Assembly: GCA_048213135.1 (NCBI GenBank) | Contig: PS015489.1 | Coordinates: 1-64,000, forward strand | Direction of reading: 5' to 3' | From: Reclinomonas americana ATCC 50394 | Lineage: Eukaryota | DNA length: 64,000 bases | Shown here: piece by piece, positions 12,937 to 25,556 of the stretch | Position numbering within the stretch: position 1 is the stretch's first letter | How the letters are laid out: each line of letters begins with the position of its first letter | The notes under the pieces: model-generated | Told to the model about the DNA's origin: nothing | Database searches by the model: none | What the model saw: the letters and a program-made list of their open reading frames with translations, nothing else | Translations under genes and position numbers: made by a program

Positions 12937-15900
12937 ATGCGAGTGTCGTTGTTGGTCACAGTGTTTGTGCTCGCAGTCGGTGGAGTGCTGCTCTGCAGGT
13001 GAGTGAGCGTGCTTGCTGTGTGCACACAGAGCGCAGTCGCACTCACACACTTGGTGGTGCGTTTCAGTGCATCACCACACTTGGCCGACTGGCAGTCGAG
13101 GGCAGGCGCTGCGCGTGAGGCGTCGCGACTGGCGCACACTATCGGTCAGTTGTCCACGCGTTCTGCGGTCGCGCGCATTGTGCTCATTCTCTCTCTCTCT
13201 TGCGCAGGCGACACAACGCTGTCGGCGACGGGCGGTCTCGGCAAGTTCAGTGACGAGCTCGATAGTGCGTGTGATGAACTGCAGCTCGAGGAGCTTGGCG
13301 AGCGGTTGGGGAATGATGGATCCATGAGTCGCAAGTATCTGAGCAGTGTGCGATTGGCGTGCGAGGATGTGCAGGTGTGTGGGCATCACTGTGCGCAGCA
13401 GGCATGTGTGTGTGTGCATAACACGCAGTCGTCGACAACAGTCGGTACTGAAGGCCGCCGGAGTGGGCATTGGTGGCGAAATGACGCGGATGGTGTACGA
13501 GCGTGCACTGGCGTTTGCGGAGGATGTGACAGTTGGGTGGTCGGCGAATCCGCCGCATGTTGCTGCGCACTCACCAACTTGGCGCTCAGAAATTCACCGA
13601 GAGGGAGTTTGTAAAGTCGGCGCACACGTTCTCGTCGAGCACGTTGGAGATGTTCAGCAAGTTGCCGGAGTCGTGGGTGGCGTTGCAGCCCAAGTTCGTC
13701 GTCTTGTACGACCAACTGCAGCGACTGGATGAGCAAACGAGCTGGAGGCCAGCTATGGAGGTCGCCATCTCGACGCTGTGGATTGTGTACGGTGTTGCGG
13801 TGGCCTCTGTCGTTGTATTCTGGCTCGTGAAGTGGTGCTTGCGAGGGGAAAGACGAGCACCTGCGCCGCCTCCACCTCCGCCTCCACCTCCGCCAGCCGA
13901 AGACGAGGAGCCAGAAGAGGATGAGGAAGTGATCGGTGAGTGTTTCCGCGGATCATCGACCGGGCGACCACATTCTTACACTCGTTTGTGGGATGCGCAG
14001 AAGTAGACGATGACGACGATGCACCGACCGTACGCAATCGCGCCCTTGTCCAACAACAGCCGCCCGGTCAGCACCGCCACCGTAATCACCACCATCACCA
14101 CCACCACCACCACCGGCGTCGCCACCACCCACCAGGAGGCCCAGTGCAGCCAGCGGGGGCACATGGTGGTGGTGCTGGTGCTGGTGCTACTGACGACGGA
14201 AGAGGGGTACGTAGGTGACTCGGTGCCGCAGCGTGAGGCTGGCACTCACTCGTGGCTCTCTGGTGCAGTTTCTTATACGCCTGGCATTGGTACTGCTTGT
14301 GCTCGGCATTGCGCTGCTGGTATTCACCATTGGATTTTACAAACGTTCGTCACATCTCGCTCTGCTGTGTCATTCCTCTCTTTGGCTCACTCTGGCCGTA
14401 CAGTGCACTGGTTCTCGGTGGCTCCACACGCGGCGCGGTCACTCGAAAAGTGCGAGTCGATGAGAGCAGCGCTTTCTCGCCACTGTGAGGCGCTCCGCGG
14501 CTCCATCAACGAGCTTCGGCAAGGCTTCGACGCATTTGTGAAATTCGAAACCTCCCTGTGCGTCATTGCGTTCTTGATGTCCCTGTCTAAACGATGGAGC
14601 TGAACTCTTCCGGGTGGAATGCAGGATAGACAAGCAGATAGGGTCCGGATTGCGAGTCATTCATGACACCAATCCGTATCCGCGGCTCTCCGGCACCATG
14701 GTGCACTACCGCACCGAGGTGTCCAAGGCAGTGGCGAAACTAGATGTGTTCCAGACGGTACCGTTGTAGTCTGGGTGCACGACAATGCCCGTGTTGATTT
14801 GGTGTCGCTCACGACTTTAGTGACTGTACAGCGGGGTCAGTGCGGTGCGCACGTGGTGCCAGTGTTGAATGCTTTGCAAGAGTATCAAAACTGGCTGAAG
14901 GAGTTTGGTGATGTGCTTCTGCCGGTGCTCATTGACGTGTACGACGTTATCAAGTGCGTCGTGTCGGCTCTCGTGAATGTGCAGCCTGTGCACTGACCAC
15001 ACGTACGATGAGCAGATTCTTCCAGGAAAACGAGGGGACTCTCCAGAAATACGCAGAGCGCGGTGAGTCGTTGTGCGTGCATCCTTTCCCAATGCTGTTC
15101 GCTCACACTGCAAAATGCACAGGTGATGTCCACATCACGGATGCCTTCTTCGAGGCCATGCATCGCACGTACAAGAGGCTGCGCGATGGTATGCAAGGGT
15201 CGGCCGAGAAGCTGAAGCCTGTGCGCACTGCCAAGGAGCAGGTGGGAGCGTGAGAGAGTGAGAGAGAATGTCTCTGTCGACTCCGTGACGGTATTCACGA
15301 CGTGCTTCACGAACTTGCAGGTCAAAGAGAAGCGTGATGTTGCGGAGCCGCGAGTTGAGGGTGTGAAGCGAACCTCTCGCATCAAAGCTGGCGTGCTGGC
15401 GGCGATTGGTGGTTTGATGGCTGTCTTTGTTGCGTTGTACTGCACCTGTGTGTGGTGAGGGAGGCAAGTCGCCAACACGATTGCGCGCAGGTCCCGCCTA
15501 TTGGCGTTCCTGCTGCTGCTGGTGCCGGCGGATACGTGGTGTACAATGAGAACACTACCGTGCGAGGTTTGGTCTGTCACGGCAGTGTTACATGGATACG
15601 CCGCTGAAGCGTGCACATCAATAACGCAGATTGCAACGAAGTCATGGAGGTTCTGCAGGAGCTGCAAGCATCGATCGCCGTGGTACGTTCCCTGCTGCGC
15701 TTTTCCCTTGTCGCTGCTTGCTGACGCGCAGAGTCGTCACACGCAGGACGACAAGTCGGTTCGCGAGGCTGAGGATGCGCTGATTGAGGCGACGACCATC
15801 CTCGTGATGTTGCTGCGAGGCGTCCGCACCAGCCGCAAGGCCTTCAAAAGTGTCAACCCGGTGCGACTGCAGGAGGCCACCAGGGTACGAGAGGCAAAGA

Positions 15901-16163
15901 GCGATTATTTCGAGAGATCCGACGACGATGCAGAGGACGACAAGCAAGACGAAGAAGATCCACGCAGCAAGATGGAGCGACTCATCGGAGAGGCCAGCGA
16001 TGACGACGAGCTGCTCATTCGTGTCGCCATGGAGGCGATGAAGCTGGACCATCGTCAGCTGGAAGACGCCGTGCAGAGAGTGTTCGCGTCAGTCGGCCTC
16101 GGCATTGACGACGTGGGCACGAAGAGATTGCCACACAAGGAGGACGATCGGCGTGATACATAA
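12937..16163 (+). CDS. Signal-peptide, multi-TM membrane protein with Pro/acidic/His-rich loop (paralog B)
   Basis: Signal-like MRVSLLVTVFVLAVGGVLLC; TMs ISTLWIVYGVAVASVVVFWLV, LALVLLVLGIALLVFTIGFY and AGVLAAIGGLMAVFVALYC; poly-P, acidic and poly-H loop; stop TAA at 16163. Confidence 0.7.
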
Positions 16164-16206
16164 ACACAGAATGCCTGATGTAAAAGGGTCTCTCTTTCAA
16201 TTTCGC

Positions 16207-18735
16207 CTATCGCCGCCCCCCTGCCCCGCCACGATTCCTGCCTCCAGAGGATGCGCCCGCTGCTGCGCCAGACGGTGCATTAGATGGCCCTGCGGGGCGC
16301 CGACCAGCCGGTTCACCGCGACCCGCTCCCCCCGCCGGCTTCCCCGGACCAGCTCCCGGAGACGTCAGCAGTTCAAGCACGGCGGTGGCCTCGGCGCGCA
16401 CAGCTGCATTCGCATCGCTGTCGGCCATCGTCCGCAACTGCAAGTCGATGCTGGCGGAGAAGATTTGTGCACGAATGTCGGCATTGTCTGCAGCCGCGGT
16501 AAGTACCGGCACACGATTCACACTCGGCAATCATCTTCTTGCACGCAACTGGTCACACAGAACCGCAGCGTCTCCAGTACCTTGGAGCGCACCTCCACGT
16601 GCGGATTTCTCAGATACTGCGGGCCAGCAAACTGCTCCGCCAAGCCCTGGGACACGATCTGCTGCACCAGTTTCTTGTCTGTGTGCATCGCACCGTGGTG
16701 TGGGTAAACACGCTTCGTTTCACGACTGGAGTATGACCTCATCACACGAAACCTTGAGCAAACATGGGCAGCAGGTTGACAAACAACTTCTCGCCGACAA
16801 CATCTGCCGAGCCAATCATCGACTGCACGATGATCATATGTTCGGTGAAGAATGCCGCCAATCGACTTCGATCTGCATATGCGGTCAACAAGCCGTGCGC
16901 AATTCTGTGGCACACAAGACGCCTCACCTCGCAAACAGTGCTGCAAGCAACGGAAGGAACTCTCGCGACACTCCTTTCCACAGTCTTTCTCGGTGACGAC
17001 CTCCAGCAGTAGCGCGGAGTGCTGCGCCACGGCGTCCACGGTGGGTGCCCAACCTTTTTCACAAAAATCTTCGCTCAGCATGCTCTTTGTGGATGGCGAC
17101 AGAGACAGAGAGAACGCGTCACGCAACGACAGGCAGCCTCGAGAACCGCAAGCACATCGAGAAGCATATCACGCGGACGTGCGGCGCCCTCTTCTTTGCA
17201 CTTTCCAAACTCGGCTCGGCATGCATCGGCCAGCACAGGCACCAGTTCGCAGACGGCCGTGCACTCCGAGTCCGGGCACGCTGCACAATGCGCACGCGTC
17301 ACACAACAATAGACAACACACATGTCCAATCGCTCACAAACACACCAATCACATAGGCTGCCAGGAGTGCCAGAGCAGCGAACTCTCCACCGCGCTCCGC
17401 GGCCGGCAACGCAACACTGCGGTTGAGACCGCCAACCACGTCACGAAGGAGAGCCAGTGGCGAGCAGCCAGCAGCCAGCAGTCGCTCTGCGGCCGGAGCA
17501 CCACCTGCAGCATACAGCGTGGGGTGAGACAAAGGACGACAGCGGGGAGAGGAAGCGTGTCGGGCCAACCGTGCTTCATAGCGTTCGCCAGCAGGATCAG
17601 CATGGCATCGCGTGTTTCCGGGATCGACTCGGACACGTGCAACAGCAGCAACACGCCACCACTCTGCGACAGAAACTCCATCGTGTTCTCCACCGAGCCG
17701 TCCACCAGACGCGACACCAAACGGAACCAAAAGAACATGGATGACAAACGATCGCCATCCGTGGCGCTGCCACACACCGCAGCCGCCCACGCACACAGCG
17801 GCTCGACAAGGTCACGCAGCAGTCGCTGCAGCTGCCCCCGACCACCACTGGCATCCCCCAACATCTCCGACAGCGCACACATCAGCACCTGGCGCGTCTT
17901 ATCCTCCTCCTCTTCCCCGCAGTTCACCAGCGCCGACGACAAGGCGCGCACCACGTTCGCCTGCGAACTCAAAAACGAGCGGATCTTGTTGTCGCTGCGA
18001 CCACCTGCGAGTTGTTTTGTGTTGCTGAGTAACGGTGCACGATCTACTCCCTCGCACAGTCTCACCACCGACCTTGCACGAACGACAACACGAGCCACGC
18101 AAGTGCGTTCTGCCCACGCGACGAGTGCGCTCTCCAGTTGACCAGCGACTGCGTGAGCACCGAGTATCCATCCTGAGTCTCCGCAAACTCCACTCCCGTC
18201 TCCGCCACAACTACACACGCCAACCACGTCAACAACAACTCACACTCTTTCTCTGTCACAATCGACACTCACATCGCGCGAAATGAGCCAACACACTGAG
18301 ACACACTGTTCGCAGCTCGCCCGCCAACGACGCATCCTGCGACATGATACCCATCACAGTCTCGATCCACATGCGCAAGTTCGGCCGCAGTGCATCCACC
18401 ACAGCACTCTGTCGATTCTTGGCATCCTCTGCCCAGAAAAAGACACACTCACTCAGACATTGTCTCTCCCTCTCTCACTCTCTGCGTCTCTCTCTCTTAC
18501 CATCGCGAAGCATTGCAAGCAGTCGCTCAAACGTCTTGAACCGCTCCTCGTCATCCCACAGAGTGTTGTACATGCTCTCCAGTTGTGCGGCGATCAGTGC
18601 AGAGGCCGACGAGGAAGAGGCACTGCCTCCACTGCCACTGCCACTGGCCTGCGCATCGAGAGCAGCATAGGAGTTGCGTGCCACTGCAGCACCTCCAGAG
18701 CCGCCCGATCGCCCACTTGCTCCACGCTTTCCCAT
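16207..18735 (-). CDS. Alpha-helical (ARM/HEAT-like) repeat protein of unknown family
   Basis: Spliced Leu/Ala-rich amphipathic segments (EFLSQSGGVLLLLHVS; NPHVEVRSKVLETLR; DANAAVRAEATAVLELL) with Gly-rich termini. Confidence 0.6.
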
Positions 18736-18812
18736 GCACACACAAGGAGAATGAAAACGTCGAGCTTCTTCAATGCATTTTTGTGTGTGTTTTCTTCTTG
18801 TCTCCCTCGCTG

Positions 18813-21800
18813 TCACTCGTCGACCACCTCCAGTGAATAATACAACAACAGCTCGCCTTCGGCGTTGGTCTTGACGTTGCGCAGTTTGTTCAGCTTGTCA
18901 GTGGGAGGCAGCACGCGGCTCGGTGGAATGGTGTTGGCGCCCGACGGTTTCGCAGTGGCGCCGTGAATGACGACGTGGCGTGTCTCGGGCACCGACAGTT
19001 TGATGCGAACGAGCTCCATGAGTGCGCCCACCGGTGCGTTGCCGGGCACGCTGATGTGCGGCTTGGCCAGGTCAGACAACCTGCAGGACGACAATGGTCA
19101 GCGAGTGGTGGGGCGCGGAGGAGACAAAGGCGATTGTTGGCACGCAACTCTTGGCTGTGCGGGCGCAGGAATGCGAGTGCGGGCTCCACAGCTTGCACAG
19201 CGGGGGCATGGTCGACGCTCGACGACAGCGATGCATCGTCGTCGGCCATCGCAACACCGCGCTCGTTGCCCAAGTCGTCATCGTCATCGTCGTCGTCGTC
19301 GTCGTCGTCACCATCGTGTTTAGTTAGTGGCGCAGTGGCAGCATTCCGTCCACTGCGGCGAGTACCGCTGCTTCCACGAGTGCGCATGGTTCGGGTCGAC
19401 GACGCCGAGGGCTTTTGACGCGACGAGCGGCGCTTTCGTGCAGGTGCTGTAATTCACGACCAGCGGCGTGAGATTGTGGGGGGAGGGGAAAGGGGAGAGT
19501 ACGAGAACAAGAGTACCATCCGCATCCGAGGCCGACTCGACAGAAGGAGAGACTTCTTCGCGCTTCCTCTTGTTCCGCAACGTCCGTGCCGACTCCGACT
19601 TGCCCGATCCGCTTCGGGTCGTCGGCGTGGTTGCTGCGGTGGTGGCGGTGGGCGTCGATGGTTCCCCTTCGCTGCGACGGAGACGACGGCGACTCCACTT
19701 GTGTCCCGGCGGCTTCTCCGCCGACAGACGAAGGTAGGCCAGCGGCGGACCTGTTTCTCGCTCCCATGAGATCCACAACACAAGGAATGAGAGCAACAAC
19801 GAAGACAAACCATGCGCATCAGCACCGACAATCGGAATGCATGGAAGCGACTGCGCAGCACAGCATGTCGGTCAAACAGACAAGCACGCACACAATCATC
19901 TGGTGTTGCCATACCATGCCCTCCTTGCTCCCGTCCCCACCAGCGCTGCTGCTGGGCATGGCATGCACTGGGAGCACAACGTCGTGCGATGATTGCTCGC
20001 TTGGCACCCAGAACGCGGGCACAAGCTGCATCAACAGTCAGTGCACAGTCATCGGCAATGCAACACATGCACGCATAAACTGAACCTCGATGGCCGGCGT
20101 CGGGTGCAGAGAAATGGAGACGCGGCTGGCGTCTTGTATCGTGGCATCGACAGCTTCCACGGTAAAGTAGCCGGCTCGCAGACTTGGCGGCAGGTGCGGA
20201 CGCGGCTTCTGCGCCGACGACGACGACGAATACATGCGACGTGTCGGTCGCTGCACCGTTGCCAGTGGGTCGTACGATTTTCTGGACGACTGCGGTGCAA
20301 CATGTGAGCGGGGAACCACAAAAGGATCGTTTTGCGTGCTTGTGCGTCGTACCTTGTGTGGCTCATTTGCGCCTGCATACGATGGCACACGTGAGTCAAT
20401 CTAGAAAGAACACAATCTCTGTCAGACACACACACACACACACCTGACTTGCGGTGAGAGTGTGTCACGTGTAGTGGGTGACCCTCGGGCACCGAGAATG
20501 TACTGCCTCCACTCTGCTTCCGATTCGTGAGAGACAGAGAGCCACATCACGAGTGAGAGAGAGAAAGAGAGCACGCACCGCAGTGTCGGCAATGTAGCGT
20601 GCACGCATCACGACTTCATCGACATTGCGTCCCGGGTGGAAGCGAGAGCGGTGGTTCGCAAGGTGCTCAACCACAATCGAGGATATGGTGTCGGAGGTCG
20701 CCGATTGAACCTGTTGTACATCAACAAGCTTAGCTCTTGGGAACAATACGACGCACACTGCTAGACAACGACGACGCACCCACTCCTCGAGCAATGCATC
20801 CTCGGCCTCACTGAACGGAACCACGGGCCGAACCAGACCGGCTGCGCAGGGCGGTGAAGCGTGTGAGTGAAATATGCTGCGCAAGTGGCACACACACACA
20901 TTGGCAGATGCAGACCGAGACCACCGCGATGGCGATCCGCGGCCGACGCGGCAGGAGCCGCCGCCGACATTGCAGACGACGGCTCCCGCGTGGCTGGAGT
21001 AGCACTCGCTGTGGCAGTGATGGTGGTGGTAGAGGAGGAGGAGGTGGCGGTGGTGGTGGTGGTGGTGGTGTGCGTGGAGGGGTGTGGCGGACTCGACGGT
21101 GGAATGTCGACAGAGGGCGGGGGAATGTTCAGCGGGACAGCCGGTGGCACCGACTCTGGCCACATTGACTGCGTCACGTCGGTCGCCGACATCACCGCCG
21201 ATGCCGCTGGTGCCAGGGGTGGAGGCGGCGGTGGAGGCGGCGGGGGCGGCGGTGGCGGAGGAACATGGGGCGCGAAAGCGCCGCCCGGTATCGACAGCAC
21301 AGTGAGATACGTGTTGCCATCGGTGCCGTTCTGCGTCGCCACCGGTGCAGCATCTGTCGCGGGAACCACGAGGCCTTCTGCTCCCAACAACACACAAATC
21401 ATCGATTGGTCACCGTCACCATGAAGGGAGCGCACAGAAAACACACGTACCGCCACCCGAGCGACGATTACGGGCCTTGATGGTGGATGCGTCACGCTCC
21501 TTGATCTGGTACCAACGATGGCGGCACTGGATATCTGCGAACAGAGAGCCCACCGACGAATATAAGCAAGCAGGACGGAGGAGAGAAAGAAAAGAAAAAG
21601 CAAAGAGAGAGTCGTACCTGTGCGACCGGGCACACGATCCGAGACGCGCGTCCATGTGGTCTCTCCCAGCTCCGTCACCGCGGCACGCAGTCGCGCGTCC
21701 TCGGCTGCGAGACGCACACATGAGCAACACATCGATGATAAGCAAAACACAACGCGACGCGATTCCTCACCTTCGCCCCACTCGCCCTTGACAATGGCCG

Positions 21801-23204
21801 GATTGAGCACGCGGTGCCAGTGTTGATCTGCTCGCAGTAAGCGCCAAACCTCACCCCCACCCCCACAATCAAAGCGTGCGACGCAACTGCACTGATCGGC
21901 CGTGAATCCGCCACCAACCTGGCGGGCAATGTCCTTCCAGTTGCGTGCGCCATTCTGTTGCACAGCATCGCGGAGCTTCTGATCCAATTCCTGTAATACG
22001 GAACACGACTTTTTGTAATCGCCACGACACTGGTAGTGATCGAGAAAAAAAAAGGCACACGAACCTCGGTCCAGCGGCCCTTGCGATCCTTGACGCGACG
22101 GGACTTGGTCTTGTCGCTTGTCTGCCGACGCCAAAAGCAACTTCAGCCCAACGCACACAAAACCCCAATACAAAACCATCCACTAACCGGTGATGACGGC
22201 GCCTCTGCTTGTATGAATGGCGCCGAGGGTGGCGGCAAGCTCGACGCCTGTGCTTGAGCCTGTATAGCCGCCTGAAGATGAATCATGCTGATCACACTCT
22301 GCGCGAAGAGATTTCAGCAAGCTGCGACAACAACATCAACGCGCGTCACATACCTCCGGACTCATGACCACCGGCATCGAGTTGACATCCGCCGATTGCT
22401 GTGTGCACCCGCGCAGTGAGCAACTGAGAAGCAACACAAACGTGTGCGCGCAAAAAGAGAGAGAGCGCGAGAGAGCAAACCATCGGTTGCATCGAGTAAA
22501 TCATCGGCACCTGAAACGCACACGTGAGAAGACGCACACACATGCACACACGCAAGAGGACACTACACAACTGCGAACTGCATCATCGCCGCCGACCTGC
22601 GACACAAAAATGCGTTTTATGTAAGTATTGGCGCCAACGCATCGACAATGCAAACAACTCGTGATGAGATTGATTCACACACACACACAATGCACGCACA
22701 AAATGCGCAGACGCACGTGTGTGTGTGCGCGCGAGAGAGAGTGTGCACACACATCACACACACAAGTGCGTGCGTGTGTGCAAAGACACTTACACTACGC
22801 ACTCTACGACAACCGTAGTAGCGCACAGTACACAACCCCACATACGAAACACACTCACCCGTCACCACCCGACGCCTGCCCCATGAAGTGAAACCCTGCA
22901 CACGCACACACGCAACACACACACACACGCACAACATTCAGCGCACATAAAGTGTCACATTCATCGACTTTATCTCACCTGGAGGTGGCGGAGGCGGCGG
23001 CGGAGGTGGTGGCGGCATAGGTGGAGGCATAGGCGGAGGCGATGAGGAGCGCGCGTCTGCAGGCGGCATCCGCTGTGATGGCAACTCGGTCATTGCTTCC
23101 GAGGCCTGTGACAGCACCTGACTGCTGCTCTCTCCTGTCTCTGGAGGCGGCGACAGCGCAGAGTCGTCGTGCGCGTGGTCGTCGTTGGCCAGCGGGTGCT
23201 CCAT
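18813..23204 (-). CDS. Myb-family protein: R2R3 repeats, third SANT-like repeat, low-complexity linkers, C-terminal RAWUL-like ubiquitin fold
   Basis: KGRWTE|ELDQKLRDAVQQNGARNWKDIA...QHWHRVLNPAIVKGEW...EDARLRAAVTELGETTWTRVSDRVPGRTDIQCRHRW. The exon chain continues in phase to LRPHSQE|LSDLAKPHISVPGNAPVGALMELVRIKL...GELLLYYSLEVVDE*. Start codon uncertain. Confidence 0.75.
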
Positions 23205-23499
23205 GACATCGTCTGTGTGTGTGAGAGAGAGAGAGAGCAGAGAGAGAGACAAAGAGTGAGAGATGCAATGCGTTTTTGTAGAGGGTGACAACAAAAAAGT
23301 GAACCTTGCATTTTTTTCCCTTCTGTGTCTCTCCGAGTGCACTCCTCTCTGTGTGTGCAGAGTCGTGCGACAACAAAAGACACGCACGCGCGCGTAACAA
23401 GAAGTTCGACTTGACGATGGAAAGCGTCGTCCATCGATCGGCTGGAGTGAATTGTACAGAAACGCCATTTCGGAAACGCCTCCTTTCTCTCTCTCACGA

Positions 23500-25466
23500 A
23501 TGGAGCGTACTGGGCGACCACGGACTCCGCAGTCACCTGCGGTGGTGAGTCAGAAGCGGCCGTCGTCGCCGGATCGGCGCAGTGTGGGTTCGCCGATGAG
23601 TTTGCATTCGCGGTCGGCGAGCCGCCGCAGTTTGCGCGATCTGGAGGACATTGATGGCAATGATATGAACACCACGGCCAAGAGGATTGAGGTGCGGGTG
23701 CTATGTGACCCCACGCTGTCTTCGTGAGAGTGTGTGTTTGTAACATGCGCGTGCGTGTCCAGGCGCTGTCGGTGCACGAGAGAACAATGCGCTCTCCTTC
23801 CTTTGATCGGACCACGTCACGAGAGGCGCCGTTGACGGGCTTTGAGTACAATGAGCCCGGCGAGTTGGTGCGTACTCTCGCACAGCGTGTTGTTTATCGG
23901 TGCACTCTCACACCTCTGCGTGCAGCTGGGAGGTGATTACTCGGCTGATATCGACGAGCGCCAACTGGTTTCACGGCGCCACCGTCCCACATCACCGCCG
24001 CCGCTGGACCTGCTGCCCTCCAGCACAATGACCATGTCTGCCCACCCGCCGCTGCACGACTTGGAATACGACAATGTCGACTCGCCGCAGGTGTTGCCGG
24101 TGAGTCGAGTTGTTTGTCTACTCGTGGAGATTGCTCCATCTGCTCACTCCTTCCTCTGCAGCACCCGAAAAGCATTCCCGACATGACCAAGATCCTACCG
24201 CGCACCGGCCACGTGATGGACGGTCACTTGTTTGAGCACCTGTCGGCTCGCAATCGTCTCAAGAAATCGAAACTCTCACCAATCGCCACCGATCCGCCCA
24301 CTCCAAAGGTCCGTCCGCTCCCCAACAGTTTGGCGCCTGCAGTTCTGTTCTCATCTCTCCCGTGTGCTCGCCACAGGGACCCCAATTCTGCCACTCGCAC
24401 TGCGAACACATCGCATGTCGCAAGAAGAGTCTCGATTATCACGCTCAGCGAGTCGGGGTGAGCTCCACCGCTCTTCCACGTCACATTCGAGGTCGCCCTC
24501 TCACCTCTCCCTCCCTCCTCACAGACATCAGCGGCCGTGATTCTGTCGTCTCCGGTGGCTCGCCAGCGTGCGCTTAGTGTGCCGCCGAAAGTCAAGGAGA
24601 ATCCTTTCGTCTATCTCAGCCTCGGCCTTGGGTTCGTGAAATCACCACCATCATTATTGTGCTGCATCTCCACGCTGACCGTGAAGCAGCGACGAGGTTC
24701 CGGATCTCGACAAACTGGCCGTCACCACGCCCATGTCTCCCATGGCGAGGTCGTCACTTGCCGGCGGCGATTCGCGGAAGCCCTTCCCCGCTGAACCGCT
24801 GCGCAGCACTATCTCCTTCCGCGGACGCGTCGGCCGCGACAAGAGGCCAGTGGGCGTGACCACTCCGCAGGCACCCGACAAGTGTTGCGCAACTGTTGCA
24901 GCTGCAGCCCCTTTCTGCTTGCCCAAGCCCCTCACACTCGTCTCTCGTCGCTGCAGATTACCGCGATCCGTCGTTCTCACCACCCAAAACATGCTCGGTG
25001 AGCATCCAGCGCGCACAGACTCGCGAACAGTGGCGCAAGGCCTCACCGGCACCCGACGAGATGTACCGCTACCTCGACAAGGTGTGCACTTGTGGCAAGG
25101 TGCTATCCTGTGCATCTGTGGCGGACTGACTTGATTCCTCACCAGGTGTACGATGTCCGCGACACGTCGCCCAAGAAGGCCACCATCGACATGAACTACG
25201 CATCGTCGAGGGAGACCGGCAATGCACCACTGCCGGAGACCTACTTTATCGACGGTAACACGCCGTCGAAAAAGTCACGAGTGCCCCACCCCAAGCTGCA
25301 CGCCACTGGACCACCTCTCACCGAGGCGCCTGTGTCAATCATCGAGTCGCTGGTGGATCTGGAGATTCGCAACAGTCGACGACTGCGCGAACGCGTGATG
25401 CGCGGCTTCAAGAGCAGCGCATTCCAGAAAGAACTGTTTGGCACCACGGCTCCCACCAAGAGCTGA
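23500..25466 (+). CDS. Hypothetical Ser/Pro/Arg-rich multi-exon protein
   Basis: Exon chain from MERTGRPRTPQSPAVV to ...FQKELFGTTAPTKS*; no domain recognised. Confidence 0.6.
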
Positions 25467-25556
25467 AAGTGCATGCATGTCAAGCATGCATGCGCTGTAC
25501 AAATCAAATTAAACAAACAATGTTGCGAACTCGTACCATCCGTCTAGAGACAATCA

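Noticed and set aside
21830-21887. Non-canonical TT-starting introns (AG|TTGCG) as an explanation of the odd donors
   Set aside because: This would need non-AG acceptors and would destroy the HXXEH His at 31066-31142. GT-AG boundaries fit everywhere checked.
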